64,000 bases of DNA from Ptychomitrium polyphyllum (taxonomy: Eukaryota). Positions 35,940 to 48,246 of this stretch are shown here, one piece after another. The notes under the pieces were generated by a model. That model had not been told where the DNA came from and ran no database searches. It saw nothing but the letters and a program-made list of their open reading frames with translations. The stretch spans positions 8,680,001 to 8,744,000 of the forward strand of contig OZ316776.1 of assembly GCA_973851085.1 (NCBI GenBank), in the 5' to 3' direction. Every line of letters starts with the position of its first letter. Position 1 is the stretch's first letter. The position numbers and the translations under genes are program-made.

Positions 35940-38300
35940 GGGGTTGTAAATGAATCAAAAGTTGAGAGGTGGAAGAGGTGTAAATGAATCAAAGTTTGAG
36001 AGGCGGAAGAGAAAGTTGATGATTTGGCGGTGAAGGGAGTTGTCGGCAAATCTCATATATGTTAATATTTCAAAGAAAATAGAACTGTCAAGATTATAGT
36101 GCAACAAATTTCATTAGAGATTGTAGAGGTGGATGTTCCATTCAACGAACTCAAAGCATTAATACTCATTAGCTATACAAATGGCAGGGATCAGCTACAT
36201 TGGTTTATGTGGAAGACATGGAGCAAGGAAGATATAGAGAGATATGAAGTTGATTCTATTTAGTTAATCATTGTTGGATTTGATGCGAAAGTATTAGATT
36301 TGTATTAAAAAATGACAGCATTTCTAACCAATGGAGGATTTGAGAAGAATTATAGTTAGTGAAATTTAAAAGATTAATGTTCTTAATAGCTGAGTGCATT
36401 CAGAGAGAAGAAGCCACATATCATCCAAAACTAAAAGTATCAAGAAAAATTGGAATAAAACCATGCGGTAATATATTGGTTGAATATTGTGACAACTCTT
36501 GGATCTACAACCTTAATAACAACGTGTAATCTTGTAGTATTCTTGGAGGTATATGCCAAATCGGAAATAATATTGTCGCTCTTGACTTATGATAGCTTAA
36601 GGATTGTTTTGTTTGCATGCATTTTACAAAGACACTCTTCTACTACTAATTTTGAAGGAATTTACTAAAGAAGTATATAAGGAGTATAAAGGTTGCTCTT
36701 AGCATTAGAATAGTGCCATGATAGTGCCATGAAGAATAAATGAAGAAAAAAGAATGGAATTGTATTTTACATGATTTGAAGCAATCAAAATTAATATTAG
36801 GTTCTACAATAGATGAGAATTTATTGGTTGCTTACGATGGAGTTACAATATATTGGAAGGTGATGCGTCAAAGATATATTTCTTATATTTTGCAGCATTT
36901 CTAGAAGACTATAAGATTTTGATTTCCAAATTATTCTAGATCTAGATATTAGAGGGATTGGTTGGTACAAAAGATGAAGCAAAGGTACATATGGAAATTT
37001 TGGAAAAACGGTCTTTAATTGATTGGAATCATGGAGAAGAACATGCCTACGTACATGACATTTTGCTAAACCTTGCACTCATGATCATTGACAAAGCTGA
37101 GCTTAGTGAATGTGCATATGAATTTTTCTTTGTATTAAAAAAAAATTGAACTCATTTCCACCAAAGAAGTAATTAAGGGCTATAAAAAGACTGTCATTCA
37201 TCAACAGTAATATTTCTCAAAGTTTGAATGAACTTCAAGCATTTAATCTTTAAGTGAGCTTACATTCAACGATCATTAAGTTTTGCAATTGAATACTATA
37301 TTTCCTCTTCACTTTTGGAAAAAAAAATTTGAGGCATTTAAACCTTTTATATAATGATTTCTACTACAGAAAGAGATTTTAAAAATTCAATAGGTTAAAA
37401 TCTTTCATATATTTAGACTTTGTACATTGTAAATCCTTGAAACAACTTTTAGAGCACATTGAGAAGTTGAAGTGTCTTATGCACTTGGACCTTAGATATT
37501 GTGTAAAGTACACAAGAAAAAAGAAGCATACACAAAGTGGTTGCCGAGAATTAGCTTCCAAAGAATTAATGATGAACAAAAATTGATACAAAGATTGGAA
37601 CAAGGATACAATACAATATGATCCATACCTTGTGTTGGCAAGACTAAAATATACCTTGTCCTGCTTCTTATTTATACTATGACGCTTGTATTTCATAGGA
37701 AATATGTTCCACCTCCTATGTTCTACCTCCTTGTATTTTCTATGAAGCTTAAGAATGTTCTAAAAGGTTATGGAACCTTCCTAAGAAGTCTTACAATGAG
37801 GTGGAACCTTTGTAAGAATATTTCCAAGGAGGTGGAACATTCTTAAGAAGTTTTCTTACGAGGTGGAATGGCTATGGAAGCATTGAAATTATTATAAAAA
37901 GCTACTACAATATACCAAAAGAATCTAAAAGATTCTAAAGACTATATTATATGATTTATGTCTGTGACATATTGTGTGTCTTTGTAACAATTTATAGAGC
38001 CTATTAAGGAGTTGTAGTGTCTTATGTATTTGGACCTGGACCTTGGCTATTGTGCATCTTTGTAGCAACTTCTAAAATGCATTAGAAAATGGGAGAGTCT
38101 TACACACTTAGACCTTAATTATTGTGAACCTTTATAACAACTTCCAAAGTCTATCAAGGAGATGAAGTGTTTTATGCAATTAGTTGGATGTATGTTGTTG
38201 CATTAACCTACGTAGGATAGGTGGTATGGAAGATTTACTTGAAGTGTTATATATTATTGGACCTAAATGAATAATACGTTTACATTATAGATAGGCTACC
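35940..38300 (+). pseudogene. NB-ARC-LRR (NLR) immune receptor pseudogene
   Basis: Degenerate motifs in the correct order: P-loop-like LAVKGVVGKSH (36024-36056), RNBS-C LFCLHAF (36604-36624), GLPL-like EVYKEYKG..LAL (~36670-36710), RNBS-D LRWSYNIL..KIYFLYFAAFLEDY (from 36832), MHD-like KRSLI..YVHDILLNLA (37051), then LxxLDLxYCxxLxQLPxSI-type LRRs. Many stops and frameshifts; 34-bp tandem duplication at 35945-36011. Ends approximate. Confidence 0.9.
37502..37969. mobile_element. Solo LTR (468 bp) inserted in the NLR LRR region
   Basis: Begins TGTAAAG, ends GTGACA, flanked by 5-bp TSD TATTG (37497-37501 and 37970-37974). Removal restores the LRR frame LDLRYCVSL*Q. Internal ~30-bp GAGGTGGAAC..TAAGAA repeats. 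Confidence 0.85.
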
Positions 38301-41300
38301 TTCATGAAGAGATTGTTTCTACTATACCATAAAGTATATACTTAAGAGTTTAGTTTACAAAAAGTGTATATATTTTGAAGAATTTTTACCAAAATTGTAT
38401 TAGTATTCAAGTGCTTCAAATATTAAACAAGCACTTCTTATGAAATATAGATACTACCTATAAAAGATGTGTTTTTGAGAGATATGGAATAAATAGCATG
38501 TTTTACAATTCTTGTATATATATTTTCTATATTCTATAAAAATATTAAAAAAAATTATTTAATTTTTTAAAAAGAATCATTTATTCTTCAAAATTGAATA
38601 CTAAACATTAATAAAGGATTTGGATATAGCAAAGAAATTTTAAAGTTTATTTTTTCATTTTAGATTGTAGTTTAATTTTAATATACGTGAATTTTAAATG
38701 AATAAGTCTCCAACAATAAGTAAAAAAAAATAGAATAGTGATTAAATTTGCATTACATAACATTTCCAGTTTAATCTACTCAAAGACATTAAAGAAAGCT
38801 AATGTTCATAGTTCATATGTTATTAACAAAATAAAATAATGTAGTGCACAATGTCACCATTATGAAAAAAATTTAATACATTGATAAATTTAAGCCTAAG
38901 AAACTATTTCAAAATAAATTTGGAAATTGTATAAAAATTTCTTGTTGTCAATTCAAAATGCTAGGTACTTGATTGATAGGTGGATTTATTTTATAAGAAC
39001 AAGACCTAACTGTAGGCATAGCAAAAATTCATATTGCAAGGAATAACTTTGGAAAAGATCTAGAAAATTGTAATACTTTGTAAGCTTTGATATTTGTGGA
39101 TTTGTTGATGGTAAAGGTGGATGAAGATGAGTCCCTAGTTGTAATTTATGAGTATGATCTTTGGCTTCTTATTTTTTCTACTTATATTGTCAATGTTTCA
39201 TATATGATTCTTATATAAATATTTAGGAATTTTGAATTTACCATGTTTGTAGAATAATTTACGACTATGAAGGATCATATTTAATATTATTGTTTAAAAT
39301 ATTTACATGTATGTCCATATAAATGTATCCATTGTTACTTTCAACCTTTGTATTATACAAAGGTTGCATGTAAATATTTGTCTTTTATGCTTTTTAAAAG
39401 CCTCTTAAATTCTTAATAACAAAGTCTTACCAACCTCATATGTAGAATTTTGATGTAGACTTTGCTCATATGTAGAGCAAAAAAGAGCATTTTATATCTC
39501 AAGTAGAGATTCTTAAGTGGATCTTCAATTTATAAATTCCTTAAGAATTGCCATATGGCATATTTAGCGCCATATAACATATTTAATGTCATATGGTATT
39601 TAGACCACATAGATAATATTTTACGGTTTTCAGTAATATTTATTATCATATAGTACTTAATATTAAGATATTTCAACATTATAAATGATGTCATTGACAA
39701 GTTATTACAGAACACTTTGTTGGTGGGCCAATCAAAATCTTATTGGCTTAGAGTCACGCATTTAGAATTGGAGGCACTAAATACCATATCCATTTGTATA
39801 ATATTTGAATAAAATAGAAAAAAGAGGTTATGATTGTATTGTTGCAGAGTCTACAATGGTGAGGGATTTTGACAACAGCTGGTTTTTTAATGGCCATATA
39901 AATTGTGTCCATTATTATAATTACTATAAGGAATTAAAAACCTCTTTTTAATTTGTCAAGTACAATTATTGTCCATATTCTAATATTTTTCATCTTAAAT
40001 TCAGTTTTTTTTATCCATGGATAGCAAATTATATTTAGTAATCATCTTTGATGGTTGTCACCATCTTGACTATTACTTTATCCATAATAAAGAAGAAAAA
40101 GTTCCAATGTATGTTAATTTAATGCATTTTTTCATAAATGATTGGTAGTTGGATCTCACTTATGTTAGAATAGTTTTGAAATTGCAATTTTATTTTCATG
40201 TGGACTTAATAAATGGAATAAGTGCAAGTAAAAGCTTCCTTTTACTATGTACATACTAACTTTCAAATGCTATAATCTCCACCACTAATAGAAACCGCTA
40301 CTAGGTTCTAATAGAACATACAATTTTTAATCAATGCTCACTTCTTTCAATGATTTCATTAATGGAAATTTTATTATCATATATTTCTTTTTCCTAAATA
40401 AATGATATATGGAAGTAGGTTCTTAAAAATAACAATAGAGCAATCCTATGCACATTGGATTATGATGCAAGAATTGGTAATTTATATGATTTAAAAGATT
40501 ACAAAAAAATTATATAAAATACATGATTTTTTACATATTATTTGATTTATTCAACAACTAGCTAGAATAAAATATGTTTAATAGAATGCTTAATTTGTCT
40601 TAAATTCCACATTCCTAGTAGACAAGGCTCTTTTAGCTATGATTAGATTAAAAAGATTTAGGATTGAATTTGAATATTGAAGGAGCTAATTTACCTTCTG
40701 ATTTAGCTTTAGCCATTTACCTTTCAATTCTTTATTTATATGAAGAAACTCATAGCAAATTAATTGTGAATATAACATTCTATTTTTTATTTATATCTTT
40801 CACCACCTTTTGTTGATTATTACAAAAAGAAAATTAGAATGTTCAAGTTAAATCACATGATGTTGATGTTGTAATTGATTACGGTCTTATGACTTATTCT
40901 TGATCCACTTCCTTCTTCCTCCTAATAAACCTTTGGTAGAAAATTTCACTAATTCTAGACTAAGGATCTTACCTTTTTAAGAAGCTAAAAGAATTCATGG
41001 CATACTTTTTTGTATGATCATATCAACAGAAATAAAAGTGTGAATGAGAGTCATTCCTTCCTCTTTTGGAGGGAGAGAAATGGGTGACGTGGCAAGTTGC
41101 CAATGACTCTGCTCATCTCTATTCTTCAAGAATTTTTTCACTTTCAAGATCGGGCAGTTTGTCATCTCAAACTTCTTTCCTCCTCCACAGTAGGAAGGAA
41201 TAGTCCTCATTCATGCAGACCATTTCCAAGCAAAGCTTTTGTGCAATGCTGGAAATATCTGCCAATCAGTTCTCTAAGGTGTGGCACCCGCTAATGAGAT

Positions 41301-42313
41301 ATTCTAGCTGTCAAACGTCATCCTTAGTTCACGAACTCTGGACGACCAGTCCCCTCCCCTTGCTTATCAAGTGCGCGAAGAGCTATTACACTATCTAAAA
41401 GGAAGAACATCATCACTTACACGCTCTGAGAATCTCTTAGCGTTACTTACACTGAAGAATGAGTAAAATGTGCGTGGGCACCAAGTACACATGCTTCTAG
41501 TGTTCTCGAGCAATCTGCGACACATGAGAAGCAATGGCAAGGGGAAAACGGAGCAATTTCACAATCTTAAATCACCCACAAGTGACATATTGCCAGTGTT
41601 TACAAACACTCAAATAGTAACGGAAATGTATTGGAATCCAAAAGAAGCAGTGTGCCTACACACTGGATACCAGACAGAATGTCTATTGATCTAACACAGC
41701 ACACAGATACCTGCCTATAGTAGGTACACATCTAATGAGTGCAGTTGCACCGTCCAGACGAAATCACTGCGTGCCAAAAAGATGGTAATGACTGAGCACC
41801 TAAGACTCCTTTTTCTGTTTCCAGTTGTTCAGACTAAAGTCTCTTGAGTAGAAATACAAACTCCAAATCAAAGTGTGTCAATACTCTATTTGATCGTTGA
41901 ACGTAACATCTTTGACGAGATAATAATCATGTGAGATGAACAGCTGATGCACACCTTGGCCGACAGCGTCCCAGGCTTACACGAATGTCACCAAGCACCC
42001 TCTCCACCTTTAAAGTCATCTCCGCTCGATGACACAGCTCTCACTTGTTACAATATGAGCTATAATATCCTCGATCGGAAAAATTCCATGTTTACAACAG
42101 CAACAAGGTGCTCAATTGCCTGGATCACCAAAAACCGCTATGAACAGAAGTGATGTGCTTGAGTCCGCTAGCTACTTGTGACTTCCACGCCATCGTCAGC
42201 TTTCAGCAAACAGCACCCAACTTAATTAAGTAACATCTGATGTAGCTCTAGTACAAAGTACAGTACAAAACCTCTTAAGAAGGTCCGCCTTAGTACGTTA
42301 ATCAGGCGCAGAT

Positions 42314-45300
42314 TCAGAGGGACAGCGGTGCTGAAGATACAGAGGACATGGTACCGATGGAGCTCATGCCACTGTGGATGCTCGTCAAGCGAGTGCTGCT
42401 GAACCCCAGGCTGGACTCTGTAGCGCTCAGATTCGGACGCAACGCCTCCAGCATTTTCACAACCTGCTGCATTGAGGGCCTTCCCTGCGGTTGTTGCATA
42501 AGGCACTGGAACGAGATATCGAGGATCGTTAAAAGATCCTCGTCTGGGCATGCGCCCAAGATAGTCTCATCAAATACGTCCTCAGGATGATCTTCATCTA
42601 CCAGCGTCTTCGCCTGCACCATGTCCAGAAGAAGGATCGCAACGCTTAAGATATGTAATAAATTCCCTCGTAGCAAACTGTGTAATTGCCTGGGTTACAT
42701 GCGCCTATACTGTTGTATGACATGACTTTCGAATAAAATTATACGAGTATCAAAAGCAGTGGATCATTACATTGAAAGCAAGCAAAGTATCTAGGACGAA
42801 GTGCTAATTGCTCACCCATTGCACCATGCTGAAATCTCCATCCATGAAGAAATGATCTGTCGGGCGCCTCCCCGTTAGAAGCTCGAGCACAACGATGCCA
42901 AAGCTGTATACGTCGCCTTTCTCGGTGATTTTCCCAGTTTCCATGTATTCTGTTCCAAGTATTAAGCACAAACTTTCAATTCAGAACTACACTGACGATG
43001 CAGTTTGGAACCGCTAGAAGCTACTGATTCACACAACGTTACAAGTCATCGGCTGCAAGCAAGTGCACAAAAATAACTCAGCTCTCGGCCGAGTAGTGGA
43101 AGGAATTGGCGTAGATGGATAGGAAGCAGTACATATATTGCAAGACTCACCAGGAGGCAAGTAGCCAAGAGTTCCTGCCACCATTGTAGTCACATGCGAC
43201 TGTTGCGGAGCTATTAACTTCGCAAGTCCAAAATCGGATACACGAGCTTCCATATCCGCATCCAACAAAATGTTACTGGTCTTGATGTCTCTGTGAATGA
43301 TGTGGGGGATGCAATCGTGATGCAGGTAGCATAATCCCCGAGCACTCCCGATTGCTATGTTGAGCCGCATATCCCATTCGAGCGGCTTTTTACCCTTCTT
43401 CGCATGCTCTGCAATGGCCGACACACTTTTATCAAATCCCAACTATATAGACGACAAATGGGAGGAAAATAGAGGGTTGGAGACCTAGGTACTGCCAACA
43501 CGACTAGAGTACGTGAAGCCCTCTCCAATCAACAAAATCTGAAAATCAAATAAAGAAAAATATAATAAACACGAAAGTACCATGTAGCCATGTATCTAAG
43601 TTGCCGTTATCCATCAAGTCGTAAACCAAGATGTTGATACTGGGTGCACTGTAGTAGCCTCGAAGGGCAACAAGATTTTTATGTTTGATATCTGCTAACG
43701 TTTCTAACTCCCGCTCGAACCCTCGTTCCTGGTCTTGGCTGCCCCTTTCAAGTTTTTTAACAGCAAATTTTGTATTATCTTCCAGCTCTAGTTTATACAC
43801 AGTCCCATACCCTCCACTTCCGATGATATCTTGCTTTCTCAGCGTCTCTGTTTTCCGAAGCACTGCTTTTGAGGACGGAGTGGCCTTGCCAGAGAGCTGG
43901 AACATGATCATCTTCCCTCCTGCATGTGAGAACTTTCTTAACATTCATTTCACATGCTCATTCTCAGGTTCAGCCCTGTGCTCGTGCGAGAGTTCGCACA
44001 AATCTGAAACTCGGAACAAAAACATTAGCGATGAGCAGTGGAAATGCCTACCTGAGAGTTTGACTTCGCACTCAGTGTGCATTTTCTTCCAGCGAAGGAA
44101 GCAGAGCGTACCCAGAAAGACCTTGCTGAGTGCGAAGGCACAAATGCATATTGCAACAATAGCTCCAACACTCAGGGCCTTCTTGCCGGCCCCACTTGGG
44201 GACTGTGGCGCGAGAGCTGACCAGGAAAATAAGCCCAACCAAGCCCAAGTGAACGCCAAATCGAGTGGCTAACAGAATGTAAACCTAAACTCGGAACAAG
44301 TGGAAAGGTTAACACTAGCATCTATCAAAACAGAAACCAGCCTAGGTCCACTCTGAGGGATAACTTAAAATTAAATTGACTGGAAATACGGAAGAGGGAA
44401 AATAGTGAGCGATGAGATTTAAGACTCCCTACCTCCGCCGATCTCGACCAAGGATCGAACTCTTCCGCAGTCCCCAGCTCCTGCTCTCCTGCATAAGTTA
44501 ACATTCCCGACAAAGCTGTCACCAGTGAACAAATCCCGAAGGCCTCCTTCGGGCACTATGCCTTCCAAATGGTTGAAGGAAAGGTTCCTGCAGAAGAAAA
44601 ACTTCAAGCGTCATGCCCGCAATTAATTGTCCTTAAACAGAAGAGACGCAAATCGGAAATAAAATTCTTTTCCTTAGGAGATTGTTAAATCTCCGAAACT
44701 GTAGCTGTAGTATTTTACAACTGACGCGCAAGGTTTGAGGATAGGGTTTACTCACAAGTAAGAGAGCTTTTCAAGCAAGTTCAGCGATGCTGGGATTTCT
44801 CCAGAAAGCTGGTTGTTTGATAAATCCCTGAGAAATATTTCCAGACGGTGTCAGTCACAGTACTCGTAAGGCCTCCCACCACAGCTACAAAAATTGTTAT
44901 TTGAAGAATCTATACAGGTAAGTTATACTGCTTCCAAACTAGACTCGCAAAAGGAAAACCACAGACGTTATGGTGCCGCTCCCTTACAAATATTCAAGGT
45001 TGACAAGTCGAGATAGTGATAACGGGATCACTCCCGTTAATTGATTTGAATTTAAGTTCCTGCAATCGCAACATCGAATACAGTTAATATTTGAATTTTT
45101 TTACGTCACACTGATTGTGTTCGTAAAGCAGGCTAAAGAGTAGAATGCAGACCTAAATCTTTGGTCGATAGCAGGAAACTCACAAATCTTTCAAACTTGC
45201 AGAGTCCTCAAATGAAGGTGGAATTTCTCCAGAAAAGGCATTGGACGAAAGATTCAAAGCTTGGAGCTCAGGAAAACGTGTCACATCCAAGGTCAGATTT

Positions 45301-45856
45301 CCCTTGAGCGACTTTCCAGTCAAGTTTCTGTAGCCAAATATACACAAGCGCTTTCTCAGGTTATCACATTATCCAACCCCAGCGAGGTCTTTGGACTGCA
45401 TCTCAAAAACAATTAGGGAGGCCTGGAGCCTCAAACCACATTCACTACTAAACCTCAGATTAAGAGACCACATGAAATAAAGGTGAAGAAATCCTCACAT
45501 AACAACAACTTTCAGATCCTTGGAGCATGTAACTCCAAGCCATCCACAAGGAGTAGAATACTCGGAATTCCAGTAGGACAAGCTCCCACGACTATCGTTT
45601 AACCGGCTCCTGAATTCCAGGAGAGCATAACCTGCAACAACAATTTCATCCAAATCTTAGAGTGGCAACGCAAAACCACCGTCCAACTGCCTTCCAGAAG
45701 TCAGACCATGATGCTTCCATGACCAAAGCACGGCGAAGGTGGAAAGGCCAAGTGAACACTACCTTCATCATTCAAGGCCACCACAGGCATCGCACTGAGA
45801 ACAGTCCCCAAAGCGCAGGAGAGGGCAAACCACGCCCTCACCCAAGGAGGGTACAT
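42314..45856 (-). CDS. LRR receptor-like Ser/Thr kinase, short ectodomain; kinase resembles the At1g78530/FEI group. Exons 45856-45763, 45631-45499, 45327-45184, 45059-44988, 44827-44756, 44587-44433, 44216-44052, 43919-43581, 43408-43151, 42949-42816, 42613-42314
   Basis: Signal peptide [53 protein letters not shown]; 72/144-nt LRR exons; [26 protein letters not shown]; kinase [42 protein letters not shown]; splice phases consistent. Confidence 0.95.
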
Positions 45857-48203
45857 CTTCCTCGAGGTAGAATACCTTGAAGGAAACCTCCTAGTAAACT
45901 ATCCTCCCTAAGTGCAACTCCCTGCCATGCCTTGGAAGCACAGACAAATCCGACACTCCGCACGCAAATCACGTCTCCCGCACTTACTGCAACTGTTCGA
46001 GTTCTGAGGCTCTCGGAGAGCAATCGACAGAGTCAGGAAATGAGATCAACACATAAGTAGCTTCTTTGTACTCGGCAAGCCATTTCCGCTTATCAGCGAC
46101 TAATCCACCGACCACAGAAGCTGAGAGATAGCGAGAACACTCAATGACAGCCTCCAAAATGCAAACCTTCAGACCCCAAGTGTTTTGTGAAACAACACCG
46201 GCGTCAAGGATCTTCCGGCTAACCATGAGATTCGGCCTTAAACCCCCTCGATTGCGATAACCGGCGTCACGAAAGACAAAACACGCAAGGTTTCAGGCAG
46301 CCTCAAAGGATAGAAAGTGAAGAATCCAACACATTGACCAGCTGGAATGTGCAAACAGCCAGGGCGCTACTGTAGGCGTTACTGCGGTACTTCGATCAAA
46401 AGGTACTGGAGAGAATCACAGGCAATGGAAAAGCAACCTCCCAGAAGTGAAAACGGTGGGGAGGATCATGAAGTCATAAGTAAGTAGGTGCCTTTTGGAG
46501 GGATCTGATTAATACCATCAAGACTCGCACTTGAAAAAGAAGTAATGGCGACGGTGCAATCGGCTGGGAGTCCGAGAGGGAGGACGCCGAAGCAAAGTCC
46601 ACGCCATCGACGTCCGCCTTCTTCGTCTAGGCTCGTTGCTTCTCTGTCCAGTCTCCATAAATATGTATGTAACACTCCATTGATTCGAGAATATTTGCTA
46701 CCTGTCTGATAACCAACTTATATCCGTTTTATACACAGATTCAACTAGTCCCGGTTAATGTTAAATACAGCACCATTAACCTGTTTAGGCTTCTGTTTTA
46801 CGTCTGATCCTGCGAGCCAATAGTGCAGTTGCTAAACCAGTCCAAGCTACTCCTACTCTTCTCTCGCCGCCTTCCCCACCTTCCTCAGGCTCACTGTCAA
46901 CGGATTCCTGCCTGGGCTCGAATGCTCTCTAAGGTTTGACTCTACCGGCGCAACAGTGAAGTTGCTAAATGAGGGGAAAGTTAGAACCGATCTGCAGTGA
47001 GCGGAAACGGACAAACGATGGATCAGGAAAACCACGAGTTGGCAGGTGATTGGCGGAGGGGAGGATATTCAGGGCATAATATTCCGGTGTGAATAGCGCG
47101 GACTGACGTGTTCCCGGGTCTGTAGCTGCCAATGAGCGACGTGGCGGCCCGGTGGTGGATGGTGCAGTTGCACTTTTGCAGCACTTGTTTGCGCATGGGT
47201 GCTACTGCTCCTGTCTTGCTACACCCTACTCCCATGGCCCTACTAAAAGAGCAAAAGTATCACAAAATCTCCTTTATGTCATTTTGACATTGGATATGAT
47301 GGCAAAACAAATGCATGCCATACTCCACATTATTTTCATATCATTCTGGCATCAAAAGGCATAGGTTAAGATGACATAGTTTTACCATTGTCACAGTTTT
47401 ACCACGTGTCTTGCATTAAAATGATGTCAAAACAATATCAAAATAAGATATTTTGTACTTTTGATATGAAGTTGGCATCATTACAACATGAAAATGATAA
47501 TTATCTTTAGAAGTCATTTAAACATTACAATTATTATCTCTAGGCTTAGTGATGATGTTATTCTTTTCCTCCACATATTTTTAAAAAATGTTCTTTACTA
47601 AATAGATTAATTTCTTTTTTTTTGAACTTTTTATTATAGACCAAAATTATTGTTGCACCTCTTGTATTATAAACACACATATTCGAAGCATCTAAAAAGG
47701 TTCGTATAAACTTTGTGAAGCTTTTAAGGAAGTTATCTAGACTTTAGGAAGCAACTCGAGGTTGCTTGAGTTTAAAGCAATGTACTCAAAGCTTTTCAAG
47801 AAGCTTCCAAGGCTTGTAGTCTTAACAATGCATCTCTTGTGGTTTAGCTTAGATCTTTTGGCCTTATCTTTGCACCTTATTATAGCATTTTACTTCGATT
47901 ATACCTTGAACATATCTTAGTCCATACTTTAAAGCCTTGTTTTGTTGTTACTCTATCCATAATAGCTTGTTTTATTAGTAACTTTAAGAAATCTTATATT
48001 TGGTTAATTAATTAAGCATTATATACCATCTACATATTTTTCTCTAATCATCCATTCATTATTATGTAATATTGCTTACAAAATTTAACTTATTTTTATT
48101 GGAATTTGCTATGCTATCAAATCAAACAATGTGAAATTTCTCACAAATGCCATATTATCCAAATTTCTTCCAATTACCACCCTTCCAATTCTACCGCTAA
48201 CCC

Positions 48204-48204
<1 letters not shown>

Positions 48205-48243
<39 letters not shown>
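48205..48243. repeat. (ATT)13 microsatellite
   Basis: Counted directly; explains the poly-Ile in ORF 48106-48336. Confidence 0.95.

Positions 48244-48246
<3 letters not shown>

Noticed and set aside
37771..37875. ~30-bp periodic repeats superficially like a CRISPR array
   Set aside because: Degenerate tandem units inside a solo LTR of a eukaryote; no unique spacers or cas genes
43685..44272. 195-aa plus-strand ORF
   Set aside because: Antisense shadow of LRR-RLK exons, no motifs
47651..47950. GAAGC-rich segment starting TGTTGCA, LTR-like
   Set aside because: No matching CA end with a TSD could be found
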